Of a DNA stretch of 64,000 nt, positions 1 to 16,251 are shown piece by piece (the stretch's first letter is position 1; each line of letters begins with the position of its first letter). Location: assembly GCF_009914755.1 (NCBI RefSeq), contig NC_060931.1; one strand, 5' to 3'. The position numbers and the translations under genes were made by a program. Source of the DNA: the human T2T-CHM13v2.0 reference genome, Homo sapiens. Below the pieces are notes generated by a model. That model was not told the DNA's origin, searched no databases, and saw only the letters and a program-made list of their open reading frames with translations.

Positions 1-104
1 ATGTTTCAATTACCTCCCACTTGGTCTCTCCCACAAAACATTAGAATTGTGGGAGCTACAATTCCAGATGAGATTTGGGTGGGGACAGAGTCAAACCGTA
101 TCAA
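1..104 (-). mobile_element. THE1/MST MaLR LTR end (cut by window edge)
   Basis: gagatttgggtggggacagagtcaaaccgtatca is the reverse complement of the THE1 LTR start. Confidence 0.8.
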
Positions 105-144
105 TCTCCATAAATGCACTATGATGTAATCTATAATTATCCCA

Positions 145-484
145 ATTTTTTTTTTTTTTTTTTGAGATGGAGTCTCACTCTGTCACTCAGGCTGAAGTGC
201 AGTTGCACAATCTCGGCTCACTGCAACCTCTGCCACTCAGGTTTAAGCAATTCTCCTGCTGCAGCCTCTGCCACCCAGATTCAAGCAATTCTCCTGCCTC
301 AGCCTCCCAAGTAGCTGTGATTACAGATGTGCACCACCACGTTCAGTTAATGTTCGTATTTTTAGTAGAGACGGGGTTTCACCATGTTGGCCAGGCTGGT
401 CTCAAACTTCTGACCTCAAGTGATTCGCCCGCCTCGGCCTCCTAAAGTGCTGGGATTACAGGCGTGAGCCACGGTGCCCAGCCA
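145..484 (-). mobile_element. Alu (S-type) with internal 38-bp tandem duplication
   Basis: Poly-T plus antisense Alu body; flanking attatccc repeat. Confidence 0.92.
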
Positions 485-1904
485 TTATCCCCATTTTAAA
501 AAATGAGGAAGCAGAGTCCCATAGGGCTAAAGTAATTGGCCCAGGGCCATAAAATCATTAAGTAGCAGAGCCTGGATTTCTTAAGCAGGCCCCAGAGTCC
601 AAGTCCTTAACCATTATACTCCTGTCTCTCTAATGACACAGCAAGGTCAGAAATGCTGCTGTAGTTGGCAAGCGAAGAAAGTGAGCTGGTTGAGCCGTGG
701 TACAGAAAGCCAGTGCTTGCTAGCACGTCCACACTGAACCAGGATACAGCCCTCCCTTCCCATTTCACATATAGAGACAAAAAAGAAATTCATGTCATCA
801 GCGGTCTGTCCTACTGAGAAATAAAGTCTTTACTTCCTTAACCAATTCAGCAGTCAAAGGTGTGCTTTGAAGATGTGCTTAGGAATATTCTCCTGATTCC
901 CTAGAAGTCGGAGTGGACTACGCATTCCCTCTCTCACCCAGCTCTTCCAGCTCTCATCCTGGTGCCCCACACCAAGAGAGGCCCCAGGTCTCTCCACAGG
1001 TCATGTGGGCCAGACCCTGCCTCCATCAGAACTGCCCCAATCTATCCGCTCCTAGAACTGTCTCTGCAAGAAAATCAGCCTGAGGTTTTTGTGGCACAAA
1101 GATGTATCCCCATTCATTCCAAGTAGCAAATGCATTTTCTGGAAACATAGTGCTTGAATCCAGCATGATGAGTCATATGGCAGAAGGGAGAAGCCAGCAG
1201 AGGAAGGGCCCTTGGGACCATCCCAGCCCCCAGGAGCTGGCCCTCTCTGCAGGAACCATCTGGTTCCATAGCATGCTTTCTAAGCTCCCATATATATTTT
1301 TAAATCAACTATATGGAAGCGTAAGGTAAATAAATACACTGCATCTATTTAAAGTGTGCAATCTGATGAGTTTTGCCAGGTGTGTGCACCTGTGAAGGGG
1401 CTCTTGAAATCAAGATTCAGAACATTTCCATCTCCCTCAAGGATTTCTCATGCTCCTTTTCTAACCCCAGCTCTCAGGCAGCCACCACTTGCCCACTGTG
1501 AGACATTTATTTTCTATATTCAGTTTGGGATTGGGCATTTGGAATTTTCCAAAGGCAGCATCCTCTGTAGATGTCTACAGGCCCCTGGAGACAGAGCATC
1601 TTCTCAGGCCTGTATCCTCCATGCCTGGGACTGGGTCCTTGCTCTCAGGACAGCCTAGAGGGGCTCCTGTCCCCTGCTGGGCTGCCTCTTTCTTTGCTTG
1701 GCCCAGCTTCCCAAACACCCAGGATAATAAAGGAGAAACTCTGTCAATTTCAATAATATACACATGTACTTGCCAGTCATAAGAAACCATTCTTCTGGGC
1801 TTTAACCAAGCAATAAATAAATGTACTCCAAAGCAGATCTGAATTAATGGAATATATCTCTCTGTCTCTTGAGTAGAAGCTGGGAAACCTGAACTTTTCT
1901 TTTT

Positions 1905-2235
<331 letters not shown>

Positions 2236-3624
2236 TGACTGCTGGATTTTAAAATCAAGAGAAAGGCCTCTAATAGGAAAGCAATTGCAAGCCATGTTTT
2301 TATTGATAATCTGATGGATTTTGCTGTGTTCTGGAGTCATTCTGCAATTATTTATCTGGTTTTTGTTTATCTGGCTATAACCTGCGTATTCTAGTTTTCC
2401 TTCAAGGCTGTTAAATTTGGGTTAATAGTTGTATGTGTCTCTTAGATCATCTCAAATGGAAAATTCTTTTCCCCTAAATGAGAATTAATTGTATTTGAGC
2501 TCAGAGGGTTTTTTCCCAATGCATTAGGGTGTGGATAATGACGTTCATTTCTCCTCATGAGCCCAGGAGCCAAATAGAGTAATCCCATTCACTTCCAAAG
2601 ACATTTATAGAGCATTTGATTTTTGCAAGATACTTTTGTTGGTCCTTAATGCTGGATAAAAATGGGTATAATGCTGCTAAAAATAACACTAAGAAAAACC
2701 TATAGCAAAGAAAGACACATTTATAAAATACGAGATTATGTAAGTTGGAAGAATCATATCTGGGTGGGGGCTATATGGAGCCAGTGGAGACAGGGTGGGG
2801 CTAGGGAGAGAATATCCTGCACATACAGGGAAGGCAGGCTGGACGGTCAGCTGTTGTTGAGAAACCTCATATCATCTATCAGACTAAGCCAGAAAAGCAA
2901 GAGTTACACCTGAAAAGGTAAGTGGGACCATAGAGTAAAAAGTCATGGTAGAAAGTTTATTCTTAAATTGGTGGACCATGAGAGCAATGGAAGATTGAGG
3001 CAAGGAATGGTATGGTTATAACCTGCAGGACTGGGTAGGGTAGATGGGAACTGTGAGGGTCTGGAGGCAAGAGAACCAGTGATAAAGATCTGTCTTTATC
3101 TGCATCTGTCTCAGAATAGTAAGAATATTCGGGTCTCAGAATAGTCTGGAATTTTGGGAGGAAATATTTAGAGGCAGGAATCGGAGGACATGCAAATTTG
3201 TGGATGAAAGGATGAGGGAGGGGAAGGGTGCAAAGTTGATTCAAGTGCGCAAGTCTAGAACTAGGGGACTCTGGGTGCGTAACAGGGAGCTAATTGTCTG
3301 TTGGCTCCACACTGCAGGAATGAGAGTCACAAGTTTCAGGCAGTCGTAAACTCAGAGAATAATGCATTACCCATCCTTCTCCTCCCACTAGCAGGATTAC
3401 CTTGGCAACAGTGAGCATCATCATACCAAAATGATAGATTTCACAGATAGTGGCTTGGCCATAATTTGGTGAATGAGCATCACAGTAATGAAATAGCTTT
3501 CAGTAGTAGAGTACATTAGATACTTTGAAGGGTCTCCCTGCTCTCATATAGACAGATTTTAGATAAACTATAACAAATATTATTTAGATTTTTTTTCTAG
3601 GCTCATAAGAAAGTGGTTGTATCA

Positions 3625-3907
3625 GCCGGGAGTGGTGGCTCATGCCTATAATCCCAGCACTTTGGGAGGCCTAGTCAGGCAGATCACCTGAGGTCAGGAG
3701 TTCAAGACCAGCCTGGCCAACATGGCAAAACCCTGTCTCTACTAAAAGTACAAACATTAGCCAGGCATGGTGGTGGGCGCCTGTAATCCCAGCTACTCAG
3801 GAGGCTGAGGCAGGAGAATTGCTTGAATCTGGGAGGCAGAGGTTACAGCGAGCCATGATCACGCCACTGCACTCCAGCCTGCGCGACAAGAGCAAGACTC
3901 TGTCTCA

Positions 3908-3936
<29 letters not shown>
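3625..3936 (+). mobile_element. Alu (S-type)
   Basis: Full dimer with A-tail; TSD aagaaagtggttgtatca at 3607-3624 and 3937-3954. Confidence 0.93.
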
Positions 3937-3938
<2 letters not shown>

Positions 3939-3994
3939 GAAAGTGGTTGTATCAGTGAGCTTTTGCTGCATAACAAATTATCCCCGGACATTTT

Positions 3995-6130
<2,136 letters not shown>

Positions 6131-6988
6131 ATGCATTCTCAAATCTGTCTTCTTCTAACCTTCACTGTCACACTTGAGTTCAGACCTTCATCCGCCCCTC
6201 TACTTCCATCCTCATTGCAGTTCATTCTCCACTCAACAGACAGTGTGGTCAGCCTAAAATTCAGATGGCTCTTGATGAGAAAGCCCCGATTCCTGAGCTT
6301 GATGGACTCCATCTAGTGGAGTCTCACCTGCACTAGACCCAGCTCCCCCACCTCTATACTCCATCATGGTGAAAGCTATGCTTGGGTTCTCCAAAACACC
6401 ACATTTCCTCTGGTCTCCAGGCCTTTAAACAGCTGCTCCATATTCCTGGTCTGATCTGTTTTTCTCTTACTTGCCTAGTTGGCTGACTCCATCAGGGCTT
6501 GACTTCAATGCCTTCTCCTCTGGGAATCCTTCTTTGACCTTCCTCTTTTGGATGGGGACTCATCCTATTCTGCTTTTATGAACCACCGTGTATTTCCTAG
6601 CAATATTTCACATTTTATCATTGCCTTTTTACTTGCCTGACTCCAGTGAGTAAGCTGTGAACACCTCGAAAGCAAGCACTGTGTCATTCATTCATGATGT
6701 CAACAAATATTTATCAAGCACCTACTATATGCCAGGCATTCTTCTAAGAGCTAGAGATAGAGCAGTGAACAAAAAAGTTAAGCAAACACACCCCTGCCTT
6801 CATGCCACTCTCATTCTAGCCAAGGGAGCCAAACAACAAACTGGGTAGGTAAGGAAAATAGATGGTTTAATAGAAGATGATAGGTGTTTGCAGAGAAGTA
6901 AAGCAAGGAGAAAGATAGGGAGTAAGGGGTGGATGTGAAATTTTAAATAAGATGATCAAGGGAAAGTCTCAGAAAGAATATGACATTT

Positions 6989-7284
6989 GGCCGGTCACGA
7001 TGGCTCACGCCTGTAATCCCAGCACTTTGGGAGGCCGAGGTAGGCAGATCACCTGAGGTCAGAAGTTCAAGACCAGCCTGGCCAACCTGGTGAAACCTTG
7101 TCTCTACTAAAAGTATAAAAATTAGCTGGGCATGGTGGCAGGTGCCTGTAATCCTGGCTACTCTGGAGGCTAAGGCAGGAGAATCACTTGAACTCAGGAG
7201 GTGGAGGTTGCAGTGAGCCAAGATCACGCCATTGTACTCCAGCCTGGATAACAGAGTGAGACTCTATCTCAAAAAAGAAAAAAA
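6989..7284 (+). mobile_element. Alu (S-type)
   Basis: TSD aaagaatatgacattt at 6973-6988 and 7285-7300. Confidence 0.93.
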
Positions 7285-7355
7285 AAAGAATATGACATTT
7301 AAGCAGAAACTTGAAAGAGGTGAGAGAGTGAGCCATTCAAACATCTGGAGGAGGC

Positions 7356-8025
7356 ACTCCTGGGTATCTACCCAAAGAAAAAGGAGTCATCCTATCAAAA
7401 AGATGCCTGCACTTGTATGTTCATCACAGCACTATCCACAATAACAAATTCATGGAATTAACCTAAGTGCGCATCAAGAGTGGATGGGATAAAGAAAATG
7501 TGGTGTATGTATATATATATATATGTGTATATATATGTGTGTGTGTATATATATGTGTGTGTGTGTATATACATATATATATGTGTATATATATATACAT
7601 ATATATATGTATATATATATATACACATATATATATACACATATATATATGTATATATATACATGTCATGGAACACTATGCAACCATAAAAAAGAATAAA
7701 ATCATATCCTTTGCAGCAACATAGATGTAGCTGGAGGCCATTATCCTAAGTGAATTAACAAAGGAACAGAAAACCTAATACCACATGTTCTCACTTATAA
7801 GTGGGAGCTAAACATTGGACATAGAAATGGAAACAATAGACACTGTGGACTACCAGAGTAGAGAGAGAGGGAGGAGGGTAAGGGTTGAAAAGTGCCTACT
7901 GGGTACTATGTTTACTATTTGGGTGATGGGTTCAGTAGAAGCCCAAACCTCAGCATTATGCAATATATCCATGTAACAAATGTGTACACTACCCCCTGAA
8001 TCTAAAACTTTTAAAAATAGAAAAA
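7356..8025 (+). mobile_element. L1 3' end (L1PB/L1MA-like)
   Basis: L1 3' UTR motifs, e.g. atgttctcacttataagtgggagctaaac. Confidence 0.85.
7504..7665. repeat. (TA)n/(TG)n/(CA)n compound microsatellite inside L1
   Basis: About 160 bp of alternating purine-pyrimidine sequence. Confidence 0.95.
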
Positions 8026-8928
8026 CAGAAAGATACCTAAAGGAAGAGTATTCAAGAGAGAAGGAACAGCCAGTGCAAAGGCTCTGAGCAGGAGCAGGCA
8101 TGGACAGTTCACAGATCAGCAGGGAGGCGCATGTGGCTGGATTAAATAAGATGATCAAGGAAAAGTCTCAGCAAACAATATGACATGTGGCTGGAAGTTC
8201 TGGAAGCTCAGAAAGCTATTATTGGATTGCAAGACCCATCGCAAGGATCTTGGACTTTTATTTTGGGTGAGATTGGAAGCTTCCAGAAGATTTTCAGCAG
8301 AGAGATGGCACACCCTGACTCCAATTTAAAGTAACATGATTTTAAATAATATAGTATTTTAAAAGCAGTCACTCTGGATGGTGTGTTGATAAAAAGCTGA
8401 GGGAGGCAAGGAGGGGGAACTGGGGAACCAGTCAGGAGGCCATTGCACTAACCTTATCAAGAAAGGAAGTTGGCTTAGAACAGGGAGGTAGCTGTGGAGG
8501 TGGAATCTGGATATGATTTGCTAATGGATTGAAAATGGTGGATCAGAGAAAGGGGTAAGTAAGGTGTTTGGCCTAAGCAACTGTAAGGATGGAGTTATCA
8601 TTACCAAGAAGGAATAGATGCTGGATGAGTGTATGGGTGATGGTGGTTACACAAGAGGATCAGTTCAGTTGGGTCATCTAAATTTAAAATGCTTATTAGA
8701 CATCCAAGTGGTATGTCAAGTAGGGAGCTGGATATACAAAGTTGGAATTGAGAGAAATTTTTGGTTTGGAGATAGAAGTTTCAAACAGCCAAATTAGCAT
8801 GTAAATGCTATTGAAAGCGCTGAGGATGGAAAACTCTCCAAGAAAGTGACTACATATAGGAGAAGTTATATCAACTGTACTCAGCACAGCGCCTGGGGGC
8901 AATTGAAGTTTATAATTTATAGATCCTG

Positions 8929-9331
8929 GTTTATTAGGCTGTTCTTGCCTTGTTTTAAAGAAATACTGGAGACTGGGTAATTTATAAAGAAAAGAGGTTT
9001 AATTGGCTTTTGGCTGTACAACATCTGCTCAGCTTCTGGTGAGGCCTCAGGGAGCTTTTGCCCATGACGGAAGGTGAAGCAGGAGCAGGCACATCAATGG
9101 GCAAGAGTGGGAAAAAGAGAGTGAGGTGAGAAGGTCCTAGACTTCTAAACAACCAGATCTTGCATTAACTAACTAAGCAAGAACTCATTTATCACCAAGG
9201 GGATGGTGCTTAAACCATTCATAAGGGATATGGCCCCATGATACAGTTACCTCCCATCAGACCCCATCTCCAACACCGTCAATCACATTTCAACATGATA
9301 TTTGGAGGAGACAAACACTCAAACTGCATCA
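8929..9331 (-). mobile_element. MST-type MaLR solo LTR
   Basis: tattaggctgttcttg..gagactgggtaatttataaagaaaagagg..caaactgcatca. Confidence 0.8.
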
Positions 9332-9939
9332 CCTGATAACCTTTAAAAGAGCAATTTCAATAAAGTAACAATGGCAGAAGTTAGGTTTCAAGGCATTAAA
9401 GGTATAAGAGAGAGGAAATTCAAATTAAGAGATAAGTAGAGCTGTGGCTAGAGTCATAAAGATCCGGTTATATTTGTAGCTTGATTGAAGAAATGAAAGA
9501 AAGGAGTGAATAATGGCTTAGGGTACCTACAGTGTGGGAAGAGGGTCAGAGACCGAAGGAAATGAGAGTGAAGGAAGACAGGTTTTTGAGAAGTAAGGGA
9601 GACAACTTTTCAACAAAATGGAAAGTAATATTCTCTGAAGGCAGTAAGGGCCCAGGACACCAGGATAGGAGATTGAGGAGGAAGAACACATTTTTAAAAA
9701 TCTAGACTCTGGCAGGGATGGAAGGCAGTGTTGGTTGACAGAGAGTCACATGAGGCAAATGAAAAGATGAGAAGGGCCCAGGCACAGTTGGAACACAGGT
9801 CTCCAGTGGGTGTGGTCAGTTGGCACCTGTCCCTGGCTGTGTGAAAGCAAAGACCAAGGAGACCCGTAAAACCTGTAGTTCAGAGTGACCATGAGGTACC
9901 TGGGTGGTTGGTGTGATCACAGAGGTGTATTAAACACAC

Positions 9940-11385
9940 TACTTGCACTGGCAATGAACATTCTGAAAAGGGAATTAAGAGAACAAAACCATTTACAATA
10001 GCATCAAAAAGGATTAAATGCTTAGGAATAAATTTAGCCAAAAAAATGCAAGACATGTACACTGAAAATGAGAAAACATTATTGAAAGAAATTAAAGATC
10101 TAAGTAAAAAAGATATCCTGTGTTCATGGATTAGAGGACTTAAGAGTGTTAAGATGGCATTTCTTCCTAAATTGATCTAGAGATTCAATGCAATCCCTAT
10201 CAAAATGCCAACTGCCTTTTTTTTTTTTTTTTGCAGAAATGGAAAAGCTAATCCTAAAATACATATGAAATTCAAGGGACACAAAATAGCCAGAACAGTA
10301 TTGAAAAAGAACAAAGTTGCAAGACTCACACTTCCCAGTTCTAAGACTTGCTACAAAGCTATAATAATCAAAGCAGTATAGTGTGGCACAAAGATAGACG
10401 TGGAGATCAAAGGAATCACATTTAGAGTCTAGAAACAAACCCTCACATTTATAGTCCATTGATTTTTGACAAGACTGACAAGACAATTCAATAAGGAAAG
10501 AATAGTCTTTTCAGCAATGGTGCCGGGACACAGATATCCACATGAAAAAGAGTGAATTTGGACCTCAACCTTATACTATACAGAAAAAAAATTCAAAGGG
10601 CATCAAAGACCTAAATATAAGAGATGAAACTATAAAATTCTTAGAAAACACAGGGGTAAATCTTCATGGCCTTGGATTTTGCAATGGTTTCTTAGATATG
10701 ACTTCAAAACCACAAATAACCAAAGAAAAAAATAGCTACTTTGTATTTTACCAAAAAGAAAAACTTTGATGCTTCAAAGGACATTATCAAGCAAGTGAAA
10801 AACAACCCACAGAATGGGAGAAAATATTTGTACATCATATGTCAGAAAAATGTCTTAGTATCCAGAATATGTAAAGAACTCTTAAAACTCAAAAATAAGA
10901 AGACAAATAACCCTTTTTTTGATGGTCAAAAGAGTTGAATAGACTTTTTTTTCAAAGAAGATATAAAACGGTCAATAAGCAAATGAAAAGATGCTCAACA
11001 TCTTTAGTCATTAGAGAAATGCAAATTAAAACCACAGTGGCCACTTCACACTCCTACTAGGATGACTAGAATCAAAAAAAGCAGACAATAACATGAGTTG
11101 GCCAGGATGTGGAGAAATTGAAACCCCGGTTCATTGCTGGTGGGAGTGTAAAATGGTACAGCTGCTTTGGAAAATAGTTTGGCAGTTCCGTAGAAAGTTA
11201 AACATAGAGTTACCATATGGCCCAAGGATGAGTAATTCTACTCCTAGGTGTATACCTCAGAGAATTGAAAACATATGTTCATATGAAAATTGTACATGAA
11301 TATCCACAGCAGCATCATTCATAATAGCCAAAGAATGGAAACAACCCCAATGTCCATCAGCTTGAAAATGAATAAACAAAATGGT
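9940..11385 (+). mobile_element. Old L1 (L1MB-like) ORF2 3' part and 3' UTR fragment
   Basis: Degenerate ORF2-like peptides in the ORF track (KGIKDLNIR.ETIK.LE, HCWWECK). Confidence 0.85.
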
Positions 11386-13212
11386 CAAAATGAGGAGACC
11401 ACACCTTGAAGAGACACATTAAAGCAGCACATACATCCAGTTGCTCCAAAGACCTGAAAGGAGAGGTCTGGGGGCTGGAAGACATTGTGCAGGAGAGAGA
11501 ATCACACTGAAGCCTAGGAAAGTTGAAGCCAGAACATTCTAGAGGAAGGCCAATCAGTAGCATCTCCAGGCAGAGAAATACACCTAGACAAAGACTTAGA
11601 GGCAGGAAAGCCTATTGAATGTGCAGAGGACAGGAAGAAGAGACGCTCAAGGAAGGAGCATGAGGGATGAGGAGTCATGGTAGGTGGACAATACCCCAAA
11701 GGCTCCTGGTTCAGGACTGGGGCAAACTTTGGACATTTGGTTGACAGCAGATCCAAGGGTTCGCTACCCACCTGCCTCATGGTAGAAAAGCGGATGTGAG
11801 ATCTGTTTGCCTAACTTTAGCCCCATCATTCTTCAGACCACAGTACTGGCTTCTAACTTTCTCAGAAAAGGAGGCAAGTATTGGTCCCTTGGCCAGACCA
11901 GCAGAACCTATGCACATGACCCAGTATTTTCAGTGAGATAAACACCTTCCCCTGGAAAGGAAATCCCACTCAGGGGCCCTCCTCACCTGCCCCAGCCTAC
12001 CCTGCATGGCTGCATGGCTTAGGACTGCCATGTGGCCTCTGCAGGTCCTGGCATTCTAGGTCTCATTGTTTCACTCCCTAACAGACCTCAGAAAGGAGAA
12101 CCTCTAACTCCCAGTGGCATTTAGCTTCCCTCTTTAAACATCTGGGTCACAGATATGCTCAGTTAATTAATGTTCTTAGTGCTGCTCATCTGCCTGCTGG
12201 ATAATAGATTGATTCATAATTTCAGTAAGCAGCTGTGTATATCTTTCCCTGAACATAAAGGCAGCTTGCTGTCATTCATCACTTTGCATTTGGAGAATTT
12301 AAATATATTCAGGCAGACATTGTTTAGGGAGGGGGAGGGAGGGCTTCTGATTTTCTTACCATTTTGCTTCTAACAATGACTTTGATTTGGAACTAATTGG
12401 GGTTTAAAGCACACGTTAACCACATCTCTCTCAAGGGCACTTAATAAACTCCCTGTCCCTTGTTCAAGGAGACCAGCCAGGCCCTCCTTTTGGGATAAGA
12501 GCCAAGAGCTTCTGAGTACCTTTCACCAAGAAATGAGAACCCCATGCAGAGAATCTTATCTGCCAGAAAAGAGCCACTCCTGTCCCTGAGCAGAGCTACT
12601 TATTTCATTCCTGGGCAGAATATGCTCAAGCTTTCTGGAGGAGGTGGGGTTCTCCTGGCAATCTGGGAGGGGGCTCTTCTGCTGCTCAGCTGCTGGGCCA
12701 TGGCAGCCAACCATCAGGTATTTGGTGACCAAAAGAAAGCGGCCAGCACCCAGCCAGGTGACCAGATGTCTTCATGCCTCAGTTTCCTCATCTATAAAAT
12801 GTAAAGAATAATAAAACATATCTTGCAGAGTTGTTGGGAAAATTGCATTATTTATTCTCTTTACAATGGTTAGAAATGATGCAGAGTATATTTTTTAATT
12901 TATTAGGCAACAGCTGTGTAGATGTGGCTGCCTTTTCAAATGATGCCATTCACCACAGTTATGTGCTCAACCCCAAACACGTTTTGAGCACTTGGTCTGT
13001 GATTTGCTCCTAGTAAGGAAGGAAATTAATTAGGCACAGCCCCTCCCTCTCAGGAGTGTGAAAGATGGATGAATGAATGCATTTTTTTTATTTTGGAATA
13101 TGATTCTTAAACAATATAATTTTCCTTCCCCAGGAAAGTAAAGGCAGCAGAGGCGAGGCTACTAGCCTAATACAGGCCCTGTTGTGGGAAGGTTGCCGGG
13201 CAACACCTTCCC

Positions 13213-13731
13213 TGTATCAGTCAGGAATTGCTGCATAACAACTACCCCAAAACGTAGTGGCTTAAAACAATATGCATTTTTTATTGCTCACGAGTCTACA
13301 GGTCAGCTGGATGGTTCTCTGATCTGGACTAGGCTTGGCTGATCTAGGCTGGACTCATTCGTGCATCTCCTATCAGCAGCTGGCAGGTTGGCTGAGGGCT
13401 CCCTGATCCAGGTTGGCCTCATCCATTTGGTTAACTGGTGGTTAACTAGCAATTGGTTGGGCCACATGACTCTCATCCTCAAACAGGCCAGCCTGGGCTT
13501 ACTGTTCCAAGAGACTGAAAGGATTCATACAAGGCTAAAAGTCTAGTCTAGGAACAGGCACAGCCTCACTTCTGCTCCATTCCATTGGCCAAAGCAAGTC
13601 ACAGGGCCAACCAACATTCAAGGGATGGGGGAACAGACTCCATTTCTTGATGGAAATTGCTTCAAAGCCATCTTGCCATGGGTGTATAGAAGGAATAGCG
13701 GAGGATGTGGTCAGTTTTGCAACCTACCACA
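13213..13731 (-). mobile_element. MLT1-type MaLR LTR
   Basis: tgtatcagtcagga-attgctgcataacaactaccccaaaac..tggccaaagcaagtcacagggcc..ctaccaca. Confidence 0.7.
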
Positions 13732-13899
13732 ATCATCCAGCATTTGTTGTTGTACATAGAGCATAAAGCAAGTACTAGGATTATGTTGCCCACTTGCAGT
13801 ATTTTTGCTCTGCTCTTTCATTATTATAAATTCTGTTGCAATAAATACCCTACCCATGAATTTTTTGTTTGCAATTCTGATTATTTCCTTCTGATAGAG

Positions 13900-14265
13900 T
13901 GTATTAGTCCAGTCTTATGCTGTTAATAAAGACATACCCAAGACTGGGTAATTTATAAAGAAAAAGAGGTTTTAATGGACTCATAGTTCTACATGGCTGA
14001 GGAGGCCTCGCAATCATGTTGGAAGGCGAGGGAGGAGCAAAGGGATGCCTTATGGGGTGGCAGGGAAGAGAGCATGTGCAGGGGAACTGTCCTTTATAAA
14101 ACCAGCAGATCTCATGAGACTTATTCATTATCATGAGAACAGCATGGGAAAAACCTCCCTTCATGAATCAATTACCTCCCACCGGGTCCCTCCCACAACA
14201 CATGAGGATTATGGGAGCTACAATTCAAGATGAGATTTGGGTGGGGACAGAGCCAAACCATATCA
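13900..14265 (-). mobile_element. THE1 solo LTR
   Basis: tgtattagtcc...aaaccatatca termini; 5-bp TSD tagag/tggag. Confidence 0.9.
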
Positions 14266-14286
14266 TGGAGTTCTACAAATGGATTC

Positions 14287-15120
14287 TTTTTAATTTCTAT
14301 TTTGATTCAGAGGAGTACATATATAGGTTTTTAACAAGGGTGTATTGCATGATGCTGAGGTTTGGGGTATGCTTGAAATCGTCACCCAGGTAGTAAGCAT
14401 AATACCCAATAGGTAGTTTTTCAACTCTTGCCTTCCTTTCTCCCTCCCTCCTTTTGGCATTCCCAGTGTCTGTAATTTCCATCTTTATGTCCATGAGTAC
14501 CCAATATTTAGCTCCCACTCACAAGTGAGAACATACAGTGTTTGGTCTTCTGATTCTGCATTAATTCTCTTAGAATAATGGCCTCCAGCTGCATCCATGT
14601 TGCTACAAAAGACATGATGCTGTTCTTTTTCATGGCTGTATTGTATTCCATGGTGTATAGGTACCACATTTTCTTCATCAAATTCACCATTTATGGGCAC
14701 GTGGGTTGATTGCATACCTTTGCTATTGTGAATAGTGCTGCAATGAACGTGTAAGTGCATGTGTCTTTTTGGTAGAATGATGTCTTTTCCTTTGGGTAGA
14801 TACCCAGTAATAGGATTGCAGGTCAAACAGTAGTTCTACTTTTAGTTCTTTGATAAGTCTCCAAACTTCTTTCCACAGTGGATGAACTAATTTACCTTCC
14901 CACCAACAGTGTATAAGCATGCCTTCTTCTCTGCAGCCTCATCAACCTCTGTTATTTTTTGACTTTTTAATGATAGCCATTCTTGCTGGTGTGAGATGGT
15001 ATCTCATTGTGGTTTTGATTTGCATGTGTCTGATGATTAGTGATGATGAGCATTTTTTCACATGTTTGTTGGCCACTTGTATGTCTTCTAGTGAGAGTGT
15101 CTGTTCATGTCCTTTGCGCA
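14287..15120 (-). mobile_element. L1 3' end (L1PB/L1MA-like)
   Basis: Antisense L1 3' UTR and ORF2 tail ([14 protein letters not shown]). Confidence 0.88.
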
Positions 15121-15299
15121 TAAAAGTGGATTAATTGAATCAAAGGCCATGAACATTTTAAAAGAACGAAGTATATATTTAGAAATCTCCTTTTTGAAAG
15201 GTTGTAGTAATCTACCCTCCCTCCAGCCCAATAGTGAGAGGGCCCATCTTAGACTTAGGTCACCAAAATGTGGTGAATAATCTCTGATTTTAGTTTCAG

Positions 15300-15628
15300 T
15301 TTTTGGGTTTTTTTTTTTTGTTTTTTTGGTTTTTGTTTGTTTTTTGAGACAGAGCCTCACTCTGTTGCCCAGGCTGGAGTGCAGTGGCACAATCTCTGCT
15401 CACTGCAACCTCCGCACCCCCAGGTTCAAGCAATTCTCCTGCCTCAGCCTCCTGAATAGCTTGGATTATAGTTGCTCACCACCACACCCAGCTGATTTTT
15501 GTAGTTTTAGAAGAGACGGAGTTTGTCCATGTTGGTCAGGCTGGTCTCGAACTCCTGGCTTCAAGTGATCTGCCTGCCTCAGCCTCCCAAAGTGCTGGGA
15601 TCACGGGCATGAGCCACTGAGCCTGGCC
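15300..15628 (-). mobile_element. Alu
   Basis: T-tail plus antisense dimer. Confidence 0.92.
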
Positions 15629-15957
15629 TAATCTCTTTTGTAAAATGTGGTATCTTATTATTTTAGATTTTTGTTTCTTTTCATACCTATGAGGTTGAGT
15701 ACTGTTTAATGTCTGTTTCTTCAGTGAATGGCTTCTTTGAGCCTTTTGCAGCAGGGTAGATTTAGTCAATCCCCCTTTGTAAGTGGGGAGGAAATGGAGA
15801 CTCAGGTTACTTGTTCAAGGTGGCCCAGCCAGCTGAAAGTAGAGCCATTTAGAAATTAGACATCCAGCTTCTTCATCTATTCCTTCTCCCCGATGTTGCT
15901 GAACAGAAGACTAGGTCCTAAAACATTGACTGAGGATATGCTTAGATAAAAGATCAG

Positions 15958-16251
<294 letters not shown>

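Larger units (their letters stand above)
6685..8900 (-). mobile_element. L2 relic carrying nested Alu and L1
   Basis: cattcattca..caacaaatatttatcaagcacctactatatgccaggc is the reverse complement of the L2 3' end; the purine-rich L2 body follows. Confidence 0.75.
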
